DNA from: Prochlorococcus sp. AG-355-B18
GTDB lineage: Bacteria > Cyanobacteriota > Cyanobacteriia > PCC-6307 > Cyanobiaceae
Assembly (NCBI GenBank): GCA_003280965.1
Contig: QCDI01000010.1
Span: 13,581 to 77,580, forward strand
Length of the DNA stretch: 64,000 nt
Direction: 5' to 3'
The position numbers and the translations under genes were made by a program. Position 1 is the stretch's first letter; every line of letters starts with the position of its first letter. This document shows positions 60,681 through 64,000 of this stretch, piece by piece. The notes beneath the pieces are model-generated. The model saw only the letters and a program-made list of their open reading frames with translations, was not told the origin of the DNA and made no database searches.

Positions 60681-61577
60681 TTATTTATTTTTCTCCTCAA
60701 TCATTTTATGAATTATTGGAGTGAGAATTAGTTCCATTGCAAATCCCATTTTTCCTCCATTTACAACGATACTTGTTGGACTTGACATAAATGAATCATT
60801 AATCATTCCAAGCAAGTATTGAAAATCAATCCCCCATTTCTCTCTTGCCCCTTTTCTGAAATGTATTATCACAAAGCTCTCATCAGGAGTTGGAATATTC
60901 CTGCATATGAAAGGATTAGAAGTGTCAATTGTCGGAATTCTTTGGAAATTAATATCGGTTTTGCTGAATTGTGGGCATATATGATTTATATAATCAGGCA
61001 TTCTTCTCAATATAGTATCTACAATGGTTTCCGCTGAGTAGCCTCTTTCTGCGTTATCTCTATGGATTTTTTGAATCCACTCTAAATTTGTTATCGGAAC
61101 AACTCCAACAAGTAGATCAGCATAAGAGGCAACATTGTATCCATCACCTTCTACCCCGCCATGCAAACCTTCATAAAAAAGTACATCTGTTCCCTCAGGA
61201 ATATCTTCCCATGGAGTAAATTGACCAGGTTCTAGGGATGTCCCAAGTCTTGTATTATGTTCTTCTGCTTCTTCAAGACTATGTAGATAATACCTTTTCT
61301 TTCCTCCTCCAGTTTCACCATAGATTTTAAAAAGTTCTTCTAGCTTGTCAAAAAGATTAGCCTCTGGACCAAAATGTGAGAAATTTTCACCTTTTGAAAG
61401 AGCGTCTGCCATAGCTTTTTTCATAGGCATTCTTTCAAATCTGTGGTAACTATCACCTTCAACAACAGCGGGAACAATATCTTCTCTGGCAAAAATATGC
61501 TCAAAGGCTCTTTTTACTGTACTTGTTCCTGCTCCTGAAGATCCTGTTACAGCAACTACTGGATGACGTTTTGACAT
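60681..61577 (-). CDS. prk: Phosphoribulokinase (proteobacterial type)
   Basis: HPVVAVTGSSGAGTS, EGDSYH, YEGLHG and WIQKIHRD. Confidence 0.95.
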   Translation of the reverse strand: MSKRHPVVAVTGSSGAGTSTVKRAFEHIFAREDIVPAVVEGDSYHRFERMPMKKAMADALSKGENFSHFGPEANLFDKLEELFKIYGETGGGKKRYYLHSLEEAEEHNTRLGTSLEPGQFTPWEDIPEGTDVLFYEGLHGGVEGDGYNVASYADLLVGVVPITNLEWIQKIHRDNAERGYSAETIVDTILRRMPDYINHICPQFSKTDINFQRIPTIDTSNPFICRNIPTPDESFVIIHFRKGAREKWGIDFQYLLGMINDSFMSSPTSIVVNGGKMGFAMELILTPIIHKMIEEKNK

Positions 61578-61667
61578 TTTTTAAAAACAATATCTAATGA
61601 TTCTGACAGGTCATATGCCAACTTTATGTTTTACTTAAAAAAATTTTTTTATTTATTAATTTTTTTT

Positions 61668-62741
61668 TTAAATTTCATCAATTATTTTATCTCCGATTTC
61701 ACTGCAAGATAAAACTTCAGTAGACCCATCAGCTAAATCTGCTGTTCTAAATCCTTTTGATAAAACTTTATCAATGGCAGTTTCTAAATTTTCTGCAGCT
61801 TCTTCTTCATTTAATCCAATTTTTAACATCATGGAAGCAGATAAAAGCATTGCAATAGGATTAGCTATGTTTTTACCAGCTATATCAGGAGCCGAACCAT
61901 GAACAGGTTCAAAAACGCCTGGGCCATTATTGTTTAAAGAAGCAGATGGAAGCATACCAATAGAACCAGTTAACATTGCGGCTAAGTCGCTTAAAATATC
62001 TCCAAATAAATTACTAGTTAAAATCACATCAAATTGACCAGGATCTCTAACTAATTGCATTGCTGCATTATCAACGTACATATTGCTTAGAGATATATTT
62101 TTATCTTTTGAGGTGATATTTAAAACTGTATCTCTCCACAATTGACTAACCTCAAGAACGTTTGATTTATCAACAGAACATATTTTTTTATTTCTTTGGT
62201 TAGCAATTTTTATTGCTATTTCGGTTATTCTTTCTATTTCATTCGAATCATAAACCATAGTATTGAAAGCTTTTGGGATTTTTATATTTGTTATGTGGCC
62301 TCTTGGTTTTCCAAAATATATTCCTCCTATTAATTCTCTTACGACAATAAGATCTACATGCTCAACGATTTCTTTTTTTAATGTACTTGCATCTAATAGA
62401 GATTTTCTTATTTTGACAGGCCTGATATTTGCGAAAAGGTTTAGGGCAGATCTTAACTTTAGTAACCCACTTTCTGGCCTTAATTCTCTTGAAAGAGAAT
62501 CATATTTAATATCTCCAACACATGCTAAAAGTACTGCGTCACTTTTTTTACATTGATCTAGTGTCTCATCTGGAGCAGGAGTACCATATTTTTCATACGC
62601 TATCCCTCCAAATAATTTTTCAATAATCTCAATATCGAAATTATGATTTTTTGAAAGCTTTTTTAAAACTTTTTTTGAAACTTCTGAAATCTCTGGTCCA
62701 ATTCCGTCTCCTGACAATAAAACAATCTTATATTTCTTCAT
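61668..62741 (-). CDS. leuB: 3-isopropylmalate dehydrogenase
   Basis: GDGIGPE, NLFGDILSD and EPVHGSAPDIAG. Confidence 0.97.
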   Translation of the reverse strand: MKKYKIVLLSGDGIGPEISEVSKKVLKKLSKNHNFDIEIIEKLFGGIAYEKYGTPAPDETLDQCKKSDAVLLACVGDIKYDSLSRELRPESGLLKLRSALNLFANIRPVKIRKSLLDASTLKKEIVEHVDLIVVRELIGGIYFGKPRGHITNIKIPKAFNTMVYDSNEIERITEIAIKIANQRNKKICSVDKSNVLEVSQLWRDTVLNITSKDKNISLSNMYVDNAAMQLVRDPGQFDVILTSNLFGDILSDLAAMLTGSIGMLPSASLNNNGPGVFEPVHGSAPDIAGKNIANPIAMLLSASMMLKIGLNEEEAAENLETAIDKVLSKGFRTADLADGSTEVLSCSEIGDKIIDEI

Positions 62742-62769
62742 TTAAATTTTTGTTTAATAGAACAATAAA

Positions 62770-63804
62770 TTATTGCTTGTCTAATTGTCTAAGTTTTTTT
62801 GCTAATTCTGGTAATTTTTTAAAAATACTTGAACTCCTTAGCCATGATTTATTTTCCATCGCGGGGAAACCACTTATTACCTTGCCATCTTCAATGTCAC
62901 AATGGATTCCGCATTTTGAACTCGCAATGACATTATTACCAACTTTTACTCTATTATTGACTCCTACTTGCCCTGCCAAAATAACACCATCTCCAATATT
63001 TGCGCCTCCAGCGATACCAACTTGAGCTGCAAATGCACAATTCTTTCCAATTTTTACGCCATGACCTATTTGTATTAAATTATCCAACTTTGTTCCCTCA
63101 TCAATAAAAGTAAATCCAACTGCGGGTCTATCAATACAACAATTAGTTCCAATTTCTACAAAACTCATTATTTTTACACCACCTTTTTGCGGCATCTTTA
63201 CCCATTTGCCATTTTCAGGAATAAAACCAAATCCCTCTGATCCAATAACAGAATTTGAATTAATTACACAATTATTTTTTAGAGTGGTATTTTCGTAAAT
63301 AACACAATTAGGATGAATTATATTATTATTTCCTATTTGAACATTGCCTAAAATTGATGCTCCAGCAAGAATATGATTATTGTCACCAATTAAAGTATTT
63401 TCTCCAATATATACATTAGGTCCAATATGGCAATCTGCTCCAATTATTGCTGTTTTATCTATAACTGCTGAAGCGTGAATTCCTGGTTTTAAATTGATAG
63501 TTTTATATAAACAATCCAATACTTCTGCAAATGCAATCCTTGGGTTTTTAACGATTATGTTTGATATATTGAGTTTCTTTAGGGCACTAACGATTTCATC
63601 GTTATTAGTAGTTATTATTGCTGATGCTTTAGTTTGATCTAATTTTTCTTTAAGGATGTTATTTTCTTCTAAAAAAGATATTTGATGTTTAACTGCAGCA
63701 TCTAATGAGGCAGCATCATCTATATATAAATCTTCAAAAATAATGGCACTAATAAAATTTGAATTTCCTTTTTTTATTAGATCAACTAAATCACTTAAAA
63801 GCAT
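62770..63804 (-). CDS. lpxD: UDP-3-O-acyl-glucosamine N-acyltransferase
   Basis: Hexapeptide repeats, IGSEGFGF and KLDNLIQIGH. Confidence 0.95.
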   Translation of the reverse strand: MLLSDLVDLIKKGNSNFISAIIFEDLYIDDAASLDAAVKHQISFLEENNILKEKLDQTKASAIITTNNDEIVSALKKLNISNIIVKNPRIAFAEVLDCLYKTINLKPGIHASAVIDKTAIIGADCHIGPNVYIGENTLIGDNNHILAGASILGNVQIGNNNIIHPNCVIYENTTLKNNCVINSNSVIGSEGFGFIPENGKWVKMPQKGGVKIMSFVEIGTNCCIDRPAVGFTFIDEGTKLDNLIQIGHGVKIGKNCAFAAQVGIAGGANIGDGVILAGQVGVNNRVKVGNNVIASSKCGIHCDIEDGKVISGFPAMENKSWLRSSSIFKKLPELAKKLRQLDKQ

Positions 63805-63824
63805 TTTTCAGTTTTAATTTTTTT

Positions 63825-64000
63825 CTAAGAGAGAGCAAGAAAATCTCTGTGTACGACAATTATCGAGGAGTTTTTATTTTCTTTATTATTTAAGATACTT
63901 CTTAATTTGTCGCTACTTATTGATACTAAACCTTTTGCAACTTCTTTATCATTTGTATTTACGATTTTAACTGCCTGATTAATCGTAAAGTTTCCTTCTA
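63825..64000 (-). CDS. proB: Glutamate 5-kinase, C-terminal PUA domain (partial)
   Basis: Hand-translated [14 protein letters not shown]...EVAKGL...[10 protein letters not shown], matching the ProB C-terminus. Confidence 0.8.
   Translation of the reverse strand, partial: EGNFTINQAVKIVNTNDKEVAKGLVSISSDKLRSILNNKENKNSSIIVVHRDFLALS

Overview
AT-rich, densely coding 64 kb segment whose gene content, order and composition indicate a high-light Prochlorococcus marinus-type chromosome (inferred, not database-checked). From left to right: the pstC(partial)-pstA-pstB phosphate ABC transporter; a short patch of micro-ORFs and a candidate sRNA; a minus-strand four-gene DNA-processing operon (MBL exonuclease, ATP-dependent ligase, Lhr-type helicase, metallophosphoesterase); a ~7 kb island of small hypothetical genes (9.6-16.2 kb); petN and psb29-clpP-ftsH-sipA with an M16 protease pair; pcyA-devBCA; rpsB (with S2 leader RNA)-tsf-recG; sir, glyS, chlP, typA, lptB, ccsA; and a carbon-metabolism stretch (rpe, glpX, hemA, glgC, gnd, pgl, ilvD, cobW, purSQ, fba, accD, prk, leuB, lpxD, proB 3' end). 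I saw no rRNA, tRNA, CRISPR, IS element or prophage gene. The best leads are: (1) a ribulose-phosphate 3-epimerase with both canonical His metal ligands replaced by Gln; (2) a paralogous pair of His-containing helical-hairpin microproteins, one missing from the ORF track; (3) a stand-alone DnaJ-type Zn-finger microprotein after cobW; (4) a catalytically degenerate Upp; (5) several further microproteins and RNA hairpins absent from the track.
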